A stretch of 64,000 bases of DNA from Candidatus Latescibacterota bacterium (lineage in GTDB: Bacteria > Latescibacterota > UBA2968): NCBI GenBank assembly GCA_965207885.1, contig OZ242311.1, forward strand, positions 416,001-480,000, read 5' to 3'. Both the position numbers and the translations under genes were made by a program. Below, piece after piece: positions 36,690-46,295 of this stretch (its first letter is position 1; each line of letters opens with the position of its first letter). The notes beneath the pieces are model-generated. The model had not been told where the DNA came from. It ran no database searches and saw nothing but the letters and a program-made list of their open reading frames with translations.

Positions 36690-38762
36690 TCAAATCAGTG
36701 CTTCAAAATTTCGCTTAATCGTCGCTGCCAATGATACGGCCTCGTCATTGAGTTCTTCTATTTCGTCGTGTATCTCGCGCAGGGTCTCGGCAAAGTCGAA
36801 ATTTTCGTCTTCTTCTTCGGGTGCAACGCCGACGTAGCGGCCGGGGGTCAGGCTCCAGTCATTGGCTTCGATTTCGGCGCGATCTACCAGTTTGACCAGT
36901 CCTTCTACGTCGCAGAGTTTCGCTTCGGGAAAACGCTCGGTGAGCCAGCGTGCCTGCTGGTAGAAGTAGTTTATCTGTTTGAGTTGTTCGATTGCGATCT
37001 TCCGTGCCTCATCTGCGGTTCTGCGGGCGCGAGTGATGTCGGTCCTGTTATTGATTGTGCTCGAGGTTTCGCAGATATCTGTTATGCGGATGGCGAGTTT
37101 GTAGAGGCTGTCTGTGCGTTCGGATAGGTCGCGACTAATTTCGATCAGAGAGGCGAATTCTGCCACCTGTTTGTTCGGGTCGGTGCTGGTATTGGGTGCG
37201 GTTTCTGTGATGGCGGTGCGGAACTGTTCAATAGCCTCGGGGAGTGATGTTCGCGCTTTGTCGTATTCGGCGAGGGTTTCGGCATGCTGTCCGTTTTTCA
37301 GCAGGGTTTTCAGGGATGGTGCGAACAGGTCGTGCAATTGGGTGAGTGCGTTGACGAAGTCGGGTAAAGGGTGGATGGTTTCGCCGTCTTTGATCACGAA
37401 GCACGCATGGCTTTCTTTCAAAATGCGTTGCAGGTAGTTGGATATCAGGTCGCGGAATCGCTCGGTTTCGTCGCGATAGAGGTGGATAATGGCGAGGATG
37501 TTTTGCTGTTGCTCGGGGCTGAAGTCGTATATTTTGCGCGTGACCTGGCGATAGATGTTGCGGGCGTCGATCATCAGTACTTTGTCGCGGTGGGCTTCGG
37601 GTTTGGCGCGGTTGAGAAACCACAATTCGCAGGGGACGGTGCGGGTGTAGAAAAAGTTGGAGCGAATGGCGATCATGGCTTCTACATCGCCGATTTCTAC
37701 CAGTTTTTGGCGCACTTCGGCTTCGCTGCTGCCAGCACTCGATGCTTGAGAGGACATGACAAAGCCTGCCCTGCCCGTTTCGTTCAGGTAGCTGTAGAAG
37801 TAGCTGATCCAGACGTAGTTGCCGCTGCTGACTTTGTTATTTTGATTGACACCGGGCAAGCCAAAGGGCAGGCGAGGGTCGGTTTTGACTTTGTCGGCGT
37901 CGATTTCATCGACATTGAAGGGTGGATTGGCCATTACGTAGTCGGCTTTGCCGAGCAATTCGTGCGGGTCTTCGTAGTAGGTGATGGCCTGACGGATGTC
38001 GCCTTCAAGGCCATGTACTGCGAGGTTCATCCTGGCAAGGCGGATGGTGGTGCCGTTTTTTTCTATGCCGCGGAAGGTGAGTTGTTCGGTGGGATGTTGC
38101 CCCTGTTCTTCGACCGTGCGCGCACTTTGCACGAACATGCCGCCAGACCCGCAGGCCGGGTCGAGTACTGTGCCGCTGTTGGGTTCGAGCACATGGGCGA
38201 TCAGGGAAACGAGTGAGACGGGGGTGAAGAATTCGCCGTCGTCGTGTGCTTTCTCGTCGGCGAATTGCGTGAGAAAGTATTCGTAGATGCGCCCGAAGAC
38301 ATCGCCAGAGACTTGTTTCAGTTCGTCGGGGTTGAGCGTGCGGAGGAGTTGGCCGAGTACGTCGTTGTCCAGTTCCTGGTATTCGCTTTTGGGTAATGCA
38401 CCCCGCAGGCTTTCGTAGTCATCCTCAATGGAGTCCATTGCTTCGATGACGGCTTTGATGCGGTCCTCGCTGTCGGGCAGGGCGACGAGGTAATCGAACT
38501 GCGCGTTGGGTCGGAGGTAGATGGCGTTTTTCTGGGAGAAGTCCTCTTTGGTGAGTGCTCGTTTTTTACCGCCGCGGGTGGGCAGGTTGGCTTCAATGTC
38601 GTCCTTTACAGATAGGTATCGGCTGTACGCATAGCGCAGGAATACCAGGCCCATGACCGGGAGAAAGTATTCGTTGCTGGCATAAGGGGAGTTGGCCCGC
38701 AGAGTATCGGCTGCTCCCCACAGGCGCCTTTCAATGGCTTCGATGTGTTCGAGTTGTGGCAA
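36690..38762 (-). CDS. hsdM: Type I R-M N6-adenine methyltransferase subunit
   Basis: LWGAADTLRAN, GEFFTP, DPACGSGGM, NPPF, WSLTPGRYVG. Confidence 0.96.
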   Translation of the reverse strand: MPQLEHIEAIERRLWGAADTLRANSPYASNEYFLPVMGLVFLRYAYSRYLSVKDDIEANLPTRGGKKRALTKEDFSQKNAIYLRPNAQFDYLVALPDSEDRIKAVIEAMDSIEDDYESLRGALPKSEYQELDNDVLGQLLRTLNPDELKQVSGDVFGRIYEYFLTQFADEKAHDDGEFFTPVSLVSLIAHVLEPNSGTVLDPACGSGGMFVQSARTVEEQGQHPTEQLTFRGIEKNGTTIRLARMNLAVHGLEGDIRQAITYYEDPHELLGKADYVMANPPFNVDEIDADKVKTDPRLPFGLPGVNQNNKVSSGNYVWISYFYSYLNETGRAGFVMSSQASSAGSSEAEVRQKLVEIGDVEAMIAIRSNFFYTRTVPCELWFLNRAKPEAHRDKVLMIDARNIYRQVTRKIYDFSPEQQQNILAIIHLYRDETERFRDLISNYLQRILKESHACFVIKDGETIHPLPDFVNALTQLHDLFAPSLKTLLKNGQHAETLAEYDKARTSLPEAIEQFRTAITETAPNTSTDPNKQVAEFASLIEISRDLSERTDSLYKLAIRITDICETSSTINNRTDITRARRTADEARKIAIEQLKQINYFYQQARWLTERFPEAKLCDVEGLVKLVDRAEIEANDWSLTPGRYVGVAPEEEDENFDFAETLREIHDEIEELNDEAVSLAATIKRNFEALI

Positions 38763-39025
38763 GGGTCATTTCCTTTTGTTTAAATTTTACTGTTTTCACA
38801 TCTTCTATTCACACTTCAGATATATGCTTGTTTCTCACACCGGTGGTGCGAGTTTTTCAGAAGATAAGGCATTGCAAAAGGCCATCAATCAAAACCATTG
38901 CACAGCGCGCGAGTCCGTTTCGCAGAGAACATCCTTATGGCATCCCGACTATGAAGGCTCTTGTAGGGCGTATTACCACAAGAACGATTTGCGCTGTGCC
39001 AGCCCCTCGGCGTTTGAGAGCGGCA

Positions 39026-39075
39026 TTTTTTGCCTCCTTTTTTTTGCTGCTGAAAAAAAGGAGGTCGCCGAAGGC
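39026..39075. repeat. Hairpin / REP-like intergenic element
   Basis: cctccttttttt(t)-gctgctg-aaaaaaaggagg inverted repeat between fic and hsdM. Confidence 0.5.
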
Positions 39076-39145
39076 AGAACAAAAAAAAAGATGGAATTAT
39101 CCAACACTTTCGACAAGCAACGCAGGTCTTCTTAAATCTTGACGC

Positions 39146-40129
39146 TTATTGCATTCCCCTTCCGCGTGTGGTGAGGCGATATTTCTGGTTTCTCGCGGTG
39201 GGTGCTTCAGGGCGTGTCATTTCCACGAGTCCTGCGGACAGTGCCGGGCGAATGTAGTTTTCGCGGAATGTGGGACGATGTGAGAGGCCCAGTTCTGCCA
39301 TGAGTTCGGCGGCGGTTTTTGGACCTGTTCGCAAGGCGGCGAGTAGCCGAGCTACTTGGTCGGTTACTTGGTCGGTTACTTGGTCGGTTCCCTGGAGTGC
39401 ATCCAGAATAATCTCCAGCATGAATGTAATGAATGGCGTGCTCTCGCCCTCTGATGAACTCTGTCTGATGGCTTTGTAATAGTCGCTTTGTCGGGCATGG
39501 ACCAGGCTTTCTACGGGGATGTGGGCGAACAGGGGTTTCCAGCGGGTCAGTATCAGGGTTTGCCAGAGTCGTCCCATCCGTCCGTTGCCATCTTCAAAGG
39601 GGTGAATGAACTCAAATTCGTAGTGGAAGACCGAACTGGCGATTAGTGGATGCTCATCGGTGCTACCCAGCCATGCCAGCAAGTTTGCCATGAGTTGCGG
39701 TACGCGTCCGGGAGGCGGGCCTATGTGATGGACTTCGCCTCCGCCCATAACGCCAATGTCTTTGTGACGATATTGTCCGGGCGCATCCAATAGACCGATC
39801 ATCAGGATTTCGTGAGCGCGCAACAGGTCGGCTTCGCTGGCGGGGTTCCACTGCTGGTATTGGTCGTAGGCTTTGATGGCGTTGCGGGCTTCCTGTATGT
39901 CTCTGAGTGGCGCAATAACGGGCTTGCCGTCGAGTATTGTGGAGACTTGTTCTTCGCTGAGGATATTGCCTTCAATGGCGAGAGATCCGCGAATCGTGAG
40001 GATGCGGTTGATTCGTCGCAGGCGCAAGTCCTGCGAGATGCCCGTCGCACGACCAATCGCTTCACCGATTTCTTCAATGCGAAAGAGAATGTCCGGCGTG
40101 ATTGTGTATGGTGGTTTTTCGATTTTCAT
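39146..40129 (-). CDS. Fic family protein (class II-like) with C-terminal HTH
   Basis: HPFEDGNGRMGR; N-terminal inhibitory SLAIEGN; TDQV tandem linker. Confidence 0.93.
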   Translation of the reverse strand: MKIEKPPYTITPDILFRIEEIGEAIGRATGISQDLRLRRINRILTIRGSLAIEGNILSEEQVSTILDGKPVIAPLRDIQEARNAIKAYDQYQQWNPASEADLLRAHEILMIGLLDAPGQYRHKDIGVMGGGEVHHIGPPPGRVPQLMANLLAWLGSTDEHPLIASSVFHYEFEFIHPFEDGNGRMGRLWQTLILTRWKPLFAHIPVESLVHARQSDYYKAIRQSSSEGESTPFITFMLEIILDALQGTDQVTDQVTDQVARLLAALRTGPKTAAELMAELGLSHRPTFRENYIRPALSAGLVEMTRPEAPTARNQKYRLTTRGRGMQ

Positions 40130-40171
40130 TGTTTATATAGGGTGGTCGATATTGCACAGGAGGCATGTATC

Positions 40172-40204
40172 AATGTACTGAATCAGGCGAGATTGCGCCA
40201 CCCT
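40172..40204 (-). promoter_or_regulatory. Copy C of the triplicated promoter-like motif, upstream of fic
   Basis: aatgtactgaatcaggcgagattgcgccaccct versus aatgtactgaatcacgcgaaatcgcgccaccct (30/33). Confidence 0.7.
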
Positions 40205-40415
40205 TCATATTGTGATTTAGCGGTTAAAACCATGTGGATCGCGGCTCAACATCATGCCGCGATGACGAGAGCCTTTCACTTCACACTTCTCACCTCACAG
40301 TGAACTGGTCTGAACTGCGACCAGTTGTACATCGTTTCTCACTTCCCTTCGTGTTGGCAATCGCGTATGTTGGGGGCGAGATCGCGTAATTTTATGTGAA
40401 GCAAAGGAGCGTTTT

Positions 40416-41312
40416 ATGGAATGGAATTTTGAACAGGTGGCGGGTCCGTTTGGTTTTACCGAGGGTCCGGTTTGGGTGGGCGATGCGCTGTTGTTTACAG
40501 ATATGCCGGGGGATCGCGCGATGCGCTACGATCACAGGTCGGGTGTTTGCGATGTGTGGCGCACGGGTACGAATCGAGCGAATGGTCTGACTACTGATGC
40601 AGAGGGTCGGGTCTATGGCGCAGAGGGTACTTTTGATCCGAGTGGTGACGGGTTTGTGGATGGTCCCGGGCGTCGCATTGCGCGTTATGAAAGCGATGGT
40701 TCGACGACGGTGATTTCCGATAATTTTGAGGGCAACCGTTTTAACAGTCCCAATGACCTCGTGGTTGATGCAAAGGGCCGGGTCTGGTTTACAGATCCGA
40801 GATATGGCGATGATAAGTCATGTATGGATATCGGTCACGAGTCGGTGTATCGGGCAGATCCCCAGGACGATGGTTCGTACGCGACTGTGCGGGTGACTTT
40901 TGATACGACAAAGCCCAATGGTCTGATTGTTACGCCCGATATGAAGACCCTGTATGTGGCGCAGAGCGATTATCTTCCCGGGACTGCCCGGGAATTGCGC
41001 GCGTATCCGATTGAAGAAGATGGGTCGCTGGGCGCTTGTGAGGTGCTGCACGATTTTGGTGCCCATCGGGGTATAGACGGTATGAGGCTGGATGAGGATC
41101 TCAATATTGTCGCGAGTGCGGGTTGGCCGGATGGTGGTCCCGGTCCGATGATTTACGTTTTTGCGCCCGACGGAGAGGTGCTCGAAGCACATCCTTTTCC
41201 GATTAATCCGACCAATTGCGCCTTTGGCGATGAAGATTTGCAGTCGCTCTATGTCACGGCTATCGATGGGTATTTGTACCGCGCGCGCACGCATCGAAAG
41301 GGGTTGGGATAG
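40416..41312 (+). CDS. SMP-30/gluconolactonase family protein
   Basis: FTEGPVW, FNSPND, WFTDP, PNG, DGM, PTNCAFG. Confidence 0.93.
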   Translation: MEWNFEQVAGPFGFTEGPVWVGDALLFTDMPGDRAMRYDHRSGVCDVWRTGTNRANGLTTDAEGRVYGAEGTFDPSGDGFVDGPGRRIARYESDGSTTVISDNFEGNRFNSPNDLVVDAKGRVWFTDPRYGDDKSCMDIGHESVYRADPQDDGSYATVRVTFDTTKPNGLIVTPDMKTLYVAQSDYLPGTARELRAYPIEEDGSLGACEVLHDFGAHRGIDGMRLDEDLNIVASAGWPDGGPGPMIYVFAPDGEVLEAHPFPINPTNCAFGDEDLQSLYVTAIDGYLYRARTHRKGLG

Positions 41313-41313
41313 G

Positions 41314-42279
41314 CTAGTACCACTTTGATTTATCCACGACATTGGTCAGTTCTTCGCCTGCGAGAAAGCGGCGGGCGTTGTCGATGAGTATTTCGTAGCG
41401 TCGCGCGTTTATGTTGCCGGCGTCTCGTACGGCAATGTGGGGGGTCATCAGTACGTTGGGTAAGCCCCACAGCTTGTGGTCGGAGGGCAGTGGCTCTTGT
41501 TCGAATACGTCCAGTCCGGCACCGGCTATTGTGCCGGATTCGATGGCGTTGGCGAGGTCGTCTATTTTGCACACTTTGCCGCGGCCGATGTTGATGAAGT
41601 ACGCCGAGGGTTTCATCAGGGCGAAGCGTCGCGCGTCGAACATGCCTTCGGTTTCGGGTGTGTGTGGGACGGTTGTGATCACAAAGTCCGCGAGTGGCAG
41701 AAGTGTGTCGAGTTCGTCCGGGGTGTGGAATTCGACGTAGGGCAGTTCGTATTCGGGCCGGGGTTCGATGCCGATGACGGTCATTCCCAGTTCGTTGCAC
41801 AGGCGCGCTGTCTCGTGTCCGATGCCGCCCACGCCGTTGATGAGGGCTGTTGCGTCAGCGAGGTCTATGTACGGGGATTTGCGCGCGTTTTTGTCCCATA
41901 TTCTGCGCCGCTGTGCGTCCATGTACCACGGTAGCCCGCGCGCCAATGCGAGCAGGAACATGAGGATGTGGTGGGATATGTGGTCGAAGTATATGCCGCG
42001 GGGATTTGTGATGGTTAGCGGGTGTTGGATCAGTTCTTTGTAGTAGTATCCGAAGAAGGGTCCGGCGTCCGGGTTGTGCAGCCAGGCGAGTTTTTCGGCA
42101 GCGGCGAGTGCATCGGGCGGTATCCAGCCGAATGCGGCGTCGGCGTCGCGTATTGCATCTATGGCTTCTTCGTCGGTTTCGGGCGATAGGATGTCGTATT
42201 CGGGGAGTTCGTCCGACAGGCGGGTGGCGAATGCGCGCTTGAGGTCGTCCTGCGGCGGCATGAATACAAATTTTGGCAT
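41314..42279 (-). CDS. D-2-hydroxyacid dehydrogenase (NAD-binding)
   Basis: GVGGIG, PHTPET, INIGRG, AGLDVFEQEPL, MTPHIA. Confidence 0.93.
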   Translation of the reverse strand: MPKFVFMPPQDDLKRAFATRLSDELPEYDILSPETDEEAIDAIRDADAAFGWIPPDALAAAEKLAWLHNPDAGPFFGYYYKELIQHPLTITNPRGIYFDHISHHILMFLLALARGLPWYMDAQRRRIWDKNARKSPYIDLADATALINGVGGIGHETARLCNELGMTVIGIEPRPEYELPYVEFHTPDELDTLLPLADFVITTVPHTPETEGMFDARRFALMKPSAYFINIGRGKVCKIDDLANAIESGTIAGAGLDVFEQEPLPSDHKLWGLPNVLMTPHIAVRDAGNINARRYEILIDNARRFLAGEELTNVVDKSKWY

Positions 42280-42280
42280 T

Positions 42281-42946
42281 TTAATTCTCCAATCTTGCAG
42301 CCCATTTGATACATCCCGTGATGTGCGCGTGGAACCAGTCTTCGTGCCACAGGGCATCGGGGTGTCCCAGGGCGGTGTACATGACGCGGCCTTTGCCGTA
42401 TTCGTGGCACCAGCCCATGGCGTAGTCGTTATCTTCGCGGTTGCCTTTTTCCAGATCTACGGTTTCGTTGTCGATCCGCATTAAGACATGTGTCTTGTTG
42501 CGGTCGTAATTTTTAAAGGTGTAGATTTCATCTGTTACTCGAAAATAGTCGCCCAGCATTTTTGTCGCGGGGTGATTGGTGTCTTCGACGATGATCCCCA
42601 CTTCATGGTGCCATGGATGGCCGTTGAACCATCCGCCGAGCATTTCGCCGTATTCGGGCCAGTCATAGCAGGTGTCGGTTGCGTTGTGTATGCCGAAGAA
42701 TGATTTGCCGTTGCGGACAAAGTTCAGGATCGCGGTTTTTTGTTCGTCGGTAAAGGGCAGGTTCCCGGTGGTCGCAAATGCGAGGATGTCAAATTTTTCC
42801 AAATTCTCAGCGGAAATGCGGTCCAACCGATGCGTGGTTAAGACACGCCATCCGTTCTCTTTGCCGATTTCTTTCAGAGCCACTTCTGCATCGGGCAAAT
42901 AGCTGTGTTCAAATCCCGCTGAATGCCGCAGGAATAAGATGTTCAT
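42281..42946 (-). CDS. ThuA-like domain protein
   Basis: GFEH, GIHNATD, GGWFNGHP, DEIY, GRVMYTALGH. Confidence 0.9.
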   Translation of the reverse strand: MNILFLRHSAGFEHSYLPDAEVALKEIGKENGWRVLTTHRLDRISAENLEKFDILAFATTGNLPFTDEQKTAILNFVRNGKSFFGIHNATDTCYDWPEYGEMLGGWFNGHPWHHEVGIIVEDTNHPATKMLGDYFRVTDEIYTFKNYDRNKTHVLMRIDNETVDLEKGNREDNDYAMGWCHEYGKGRVMYTALGHPDALWHEDWFHAHITGCIKWAARLEN

Positions 42947-42961
42947 GTTTTTCCTTTCTGT

Positions 42962-43720
42962 TTAATAGAGACTCAACAATCCCTCGGCGCCGGGGACGCG
43001 GCGTTTTTCGTATTCTTCAGATATCCATCGCGCATTTGACGGCAGGCCGGGATTGCGATAGGCATATACCACGCACCACCGCGTGTCACTGCTCGGCTGT
43101 CGTGGGTTTACGCCGTGAGCGGCAAATGTCCACATGGCGATTACGGTTCCAGGTGGCATAGAGGGCGCGTGTATCTGGAGGGGTTCACCCGTTATCGGGT
43201 GGGTTTTTCCGCTGAGCCATTGTTCTTGTAATGCTTTGTCTGAGTCAATACGCCCGATTTTTTTGCGGAATAGATGGCTGCCGGGTACGACTTTTAATCC
43301 GCCGTCGTCGGGTTCAAATCCGTTGACATAAAAGAAGATGCGAACAAATCCCAGACTGGGGTCTTCTTCTCCATACCCATGTGTGTGCCAGTGTGTTCCG
43401 CGGTTGCCCCCGGGGCGGTTCAGGCTGACGCAGTGATCATACCGAATATTTTCGCCCAGAATATCTCGCGCCAGTCTGAGCATTTGGGGATGGCCGATTA
43501 AGCTTTCGAGATACCAGTCAAATTCAGCGGCGAACCGATTGGGTTCATGGCCTTCTTCTGCCCGCGGTCTGAGTGACTCAATATAGGATAGGGATTCTGT
43601 CAATTTTTCCTGTGCGTCGTCTTTCAGCAGTCCCGGAAAGGCAATGTGTCCTTCGCGATCCATTTCTTCCCGTTCGGGTTCGCCGAATGTGAAATCGTGA
43701 AAAATGGGTTCCCATTCCAT
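42962..43720 (-). CDS. PhyH-like dioxygenase
   Basis: WHTH, GGLKVVPGSH, HGVNP, R. Confidence 0.85.
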   Translation of the reverse strand: MEWEPIFHDFTFGEPEREEMDREGHIAFPGLLKDDAQEKLTESLSYIESLRPRAEEGHEPNRFAAEFDWYLESLIGHPQMLRLARDILGENIRYDHCVSLNRPGGNRGTHWHTHGYGEEDPSLGFVRIFFYVNGFEPDDGGLKVVPGSHLFRKKIGRIDSDKALQEQWLSGKTHPITGEPLQIHAPSMPPGTVIAMWTFAAHGVNPRQPSSDTRWCVVYAYRNPGLPSNARWISEEYEKRRVPGAEGLLSLY

Positions 43721-43735
43721 GATCCGATCCTCATA

Positions 43736-44581
43736 CTATGCTATGGCTTCTTCGCCCAGGTGTTCAGATAGCCATCCACGCAGGGGTACGTCTTCGTCAG
43801 TGGGAGAGGTGAATCCATATCCGCCGGTTGGCGCGTTGCCAAATAATTGTTTGCGGATGGGATCCAATCGGTCCCACCAGTGATCCATCGTTACGTCATC
43901 GCGGGGACGGAACCAGCGATAGCTATATCCGTAAAAGAGTGCCCGACGCGCTTCTGTCCAGTAATTTGCGCTTACCGAGTGCCAGAGTCTGCGATCAAAA
44001 AATACGGCTGTTCCCGGCTTGACGAGCACGGGTATTGCATCTTTGGGTTCAGATGTGCGGTCGCCGTTGGGAAAGTCGTAGTCGTTGATCAAATGGCTGC
44101 CTGGTATAATGTAAAAGTTGCCCCGGCCATCTTCACTGCAGTCCGTTAAAAAGTATGCTACTTTGATTGAGATGCGGGGGCGAGGGTCTGTTTCTAATTC
44201 CTGATTGAGCAGGGCACTGTCTTGATGCCAGCGCAGATTCTTTCCACCACTTCCGTTTGATACCGGGGGGGTGACGTTGAGGTGCGAGTGATAGATTTGC
44301 AAGTTCCAGCTCAAGATATCCCACACTTTTGCGATGGTCCTGGGCCAATCTACCAGTTCGACAAATTCCCAGTCGAGGCCGATGAAGTCTCTGACGCTCA
44401 AGCGCCCGAGTTTATCTATGCCTTGTTTGGGACGCATTTCGGCATCTATGCGATCGATCACGGCGCACAGGCGCGCGACGTGGTCGGGATCGAGAGCATT
44501 TTCGATAATTAAATATCCATCGCGGTCAAACTGCAATCGCTCTTCTTCTGTCAGGCTATGCGATAGACATGAAGCATCCAT
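43736..44581 (-). CDS. PhyH-like dioxygenase
   Basis: FDRDGYLII, WHQD, IIPGSH, FDRRLWH. Confidence 0.9.
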   Translation of the reverse strand: MDASCLSHSLTEEERLQFDRDGYLIIENALDPDHVARLCAVIDRIDAEMRPKQGIDKLGRLSVRDFIGLDWEFVELVDWPRTIAKVWDILSWNLQIYHSHLNVTPPVSNGSGGKNLRWHQDSALLNQELETDPRPRISIKVAYFLTDCSEDGRGNFYIIPGSHLINDYDFPNGDRTSEPKDAIPVLVKPGTAVFFDRRLWHSVSANYWTEARRALFYGYSYRWFRPRDDVTMDHWWDRLDPIRKQLFGNAPTGGYGFTSPTDEDVPLRGWLSEHLGEEAIA

Positions 44582-44594
44582 GGTCGTCTCCTTT

Positions 44595-45986
44595 TTAAAA
44601 CGCTTCCCAAAATGTTTTTCCCCATTCGCTTTTCGCATCGTCCCAGTCGTCGCGCCATTTAAAAAGCACTTCTCGCAGGTCAGCTACTTTGCTGGCGTGT
44701 GCTTTATCGTCTGCGAGATTGTGCAGCTCCAGTGGGTCGTTTTCCAGATCGAATAGCTGTGTTGTGCGGCGTCCATTTACGGCGTATTCGATGAGTTTAA
44801 ATCGATTGTCTTTTACCATGCGTTGCCACTCGCGATACGCAGAGAAGAGGGTGTCGCGCACCTGTTCATCGCCGTTGTTGAGTGCGGATACCAGGCTGGT
44901 TCCTTCCACGGAGTCCGGTGTGTTGGTGCCGATTAAGTCGCACAGGGTTGGGAATATATCGTGCAAATACACATAGGCAGATCGTTTTTGTCCCGCGGTT
45001 ACGCCCGGTCCGGAAAATATCAGGGGTACGCGCACGCTGTGTTCGTACATATTCTGTTTGCCGAAAAGCCCGTGCTGTCCTACGGCGAGTCCATTGTCCC
45101 CGGCAAAGACGACGATGGTGTTATCCGCCATTCCGCACGCGCTTATTGTGTCGAGTACGCGTCCCATCTGTGCGTCTAAGTGGGTGATCATGGCATAGTA
45201 TTCGGCAATGTGTTGTCGCACTTTGTAGGGGTCGCGGGGAAAGTCTTCGAGGACTTCATCGCGCACTTTCAAGTCGCCATTGTCAAATGGATGTCCGCCC
45301 ATAAAGTTCTCGGGAAGTGGGGTGTCTTCGGGGTCGTACATGTCGAGATATTTTTGCGGCATTGTGCGCGGGTCGTGGGGCGCCATAAATGAGATGTACA
45401 TAAAGAATGGGTTGTCGGTGTCGTATTTTTCCAGCCAGTCAATTGCGCCTTCGGCAAATAATTCACTGGAGTGTTTGCCCGCGGTTACGTGGTCGCCTCT
45501 TCGTATTTTCAAGGCGTTTGATTGATTGGGGGTCGGACACTGCAGGAGTACGGAGTCGTATTTGCCGGTGGGGTCATGATTAAATGCGGGCACGTTCCAG
45601 TGGTCGTCCATGCCCCCGAAAAAGATCTCTGCGCCGTCTGAAAAGCTGCGCGCAAAAGAAGCGGGTCCATTGTGCCATTTGCCCGTGCCCCAGGTGCGAT
45701 AGCCGTTGGCTTGCAGATGTTCGCCCAGCATTACGTGGTCGTTGGGAATGCCCTGGCCCGCGCCGTCGAGGTGAAAGAGTGTGCGTCCCGTGTGCAACAT
45801 GGCGCGGCTGGGCATGCATATTGCGCCCGATGTTCCGCCGGGTATGTGCGCGTGTGTAAATGTCGTGCCTTCTGCCACGAGGCGATCCAGTACGGGTGTT
45901 TGCACATCTGTATTGCCCAGCGCGCGAATGGTGTCAAATCGCTGGTCGTCGGTGAAAAAGAAGAGGATGTTGGGTTTTTTGCTCAT
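44595..45986 (-). CDS. Sulfatase (formylglycine-dependent, choline-sulfatase-like)
   Basis: PNILFFFTDDQ, CMPSRAMLHTG, GKWH, PHDP, GKQNMYE. Confidence 0.93.
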   Translation of the reverse strand: MSKKPNILFFFTDDQRFDTIRALGNTDVQTPVLDRLVAEGTTFTHAHIPGGTSGAICMPSRAMLHTGRTLFHLDGAGQGIPNDHVMLGEHLQANGYRTWGTGKWHNGPASFARSFSDGAEIFFGGMDDHWNVPAFNHDPTGKYDSVLLQCPTPNQSNALKIRRGDHVTAGKHSSELFAEGAIDWLEKYDTDNPFFMYISFMAPHDPRTMPQKYLDMYDPEDTPLPENFMGGHPFDNGDLKVRDEVLEDFPRDPYKVRQHIAEYYAMITHLDAQMGRVLDTISACGMADNTIVVFAGDNGLAVGQHGLFGKQNMYEHSVRVPLIFSGPGVTAGQKRSAYVYLHDIFPTLCDLIGTNTPDSVEGTSLVSALNNGDEQVRDTLFSAYREWQRMVKDNRFKLIEYAVNGRRTTQLFDLENDPLELHNLADDKAHASKVADLREVLFKWRDDWDDAKSEWGKTFWEAF

Positions 45987-46004
45987 ATTTTCTCCTTAAA
46001 GGCG

Positions 46005-46076
46005 GTGAGATGTGAAAGGTGAGACGTGAGAGGGGGTAGGGCGGTCCTTTCACCTCTTACGACTCACCTCTTACGT
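46005..46076. repeat. Heptameric repeat inverted pair
   Basis: gtgagat gtgaaag gtgagac gtgagag ... tcacctc ttacgac tcacctc ttacg. Confidence 0.6.
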
Positions 46077-46228
46077 GTATCAACTGAGCAATAAACGCTT
46101 CTCTTGCCGCAAAGTCAAGCCTGCAAAATGGTGTCTCCCTTTCTACTTTCTATTCGCCTAATCCAATGCTATATTGTGACAATAACTACCAATTTTAGGG
46201 ACCAGGGGCTGGGGACTGGTTGGGTGGG

Positions 46229-46257
46229 CCCCGTATAAAAGCACTACGGGGCAGGCT
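46229..46257 (+). repeat. ~29-bp palindromic mini-element (7-bp stem, 9-nt loop, caggct tail)
   Basis: ccccgta-taaaagcac-tacgggg-caggct; same architecture as 50396-50424. Confidence 0.55.
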
Positions 46258-46295
46258 CTCTTCCATCTTACGTCTCACCTTTTGGAGGTGTGTCC

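Noticed and set aside
39352-39388. 12-bp tandem repeat in fic (TDQV x3)
   Set aside because: A common low-complexity linker before the HTH in this Fic subfamily; it is in frame.
16555-40204. Integron or prophage/ICE interpretation of the island
   Set aside because: No integrase, no attC-like GTTRRRY/RYYYAAC pairs recognised between cargo genes, and no phage or conjugation genes.
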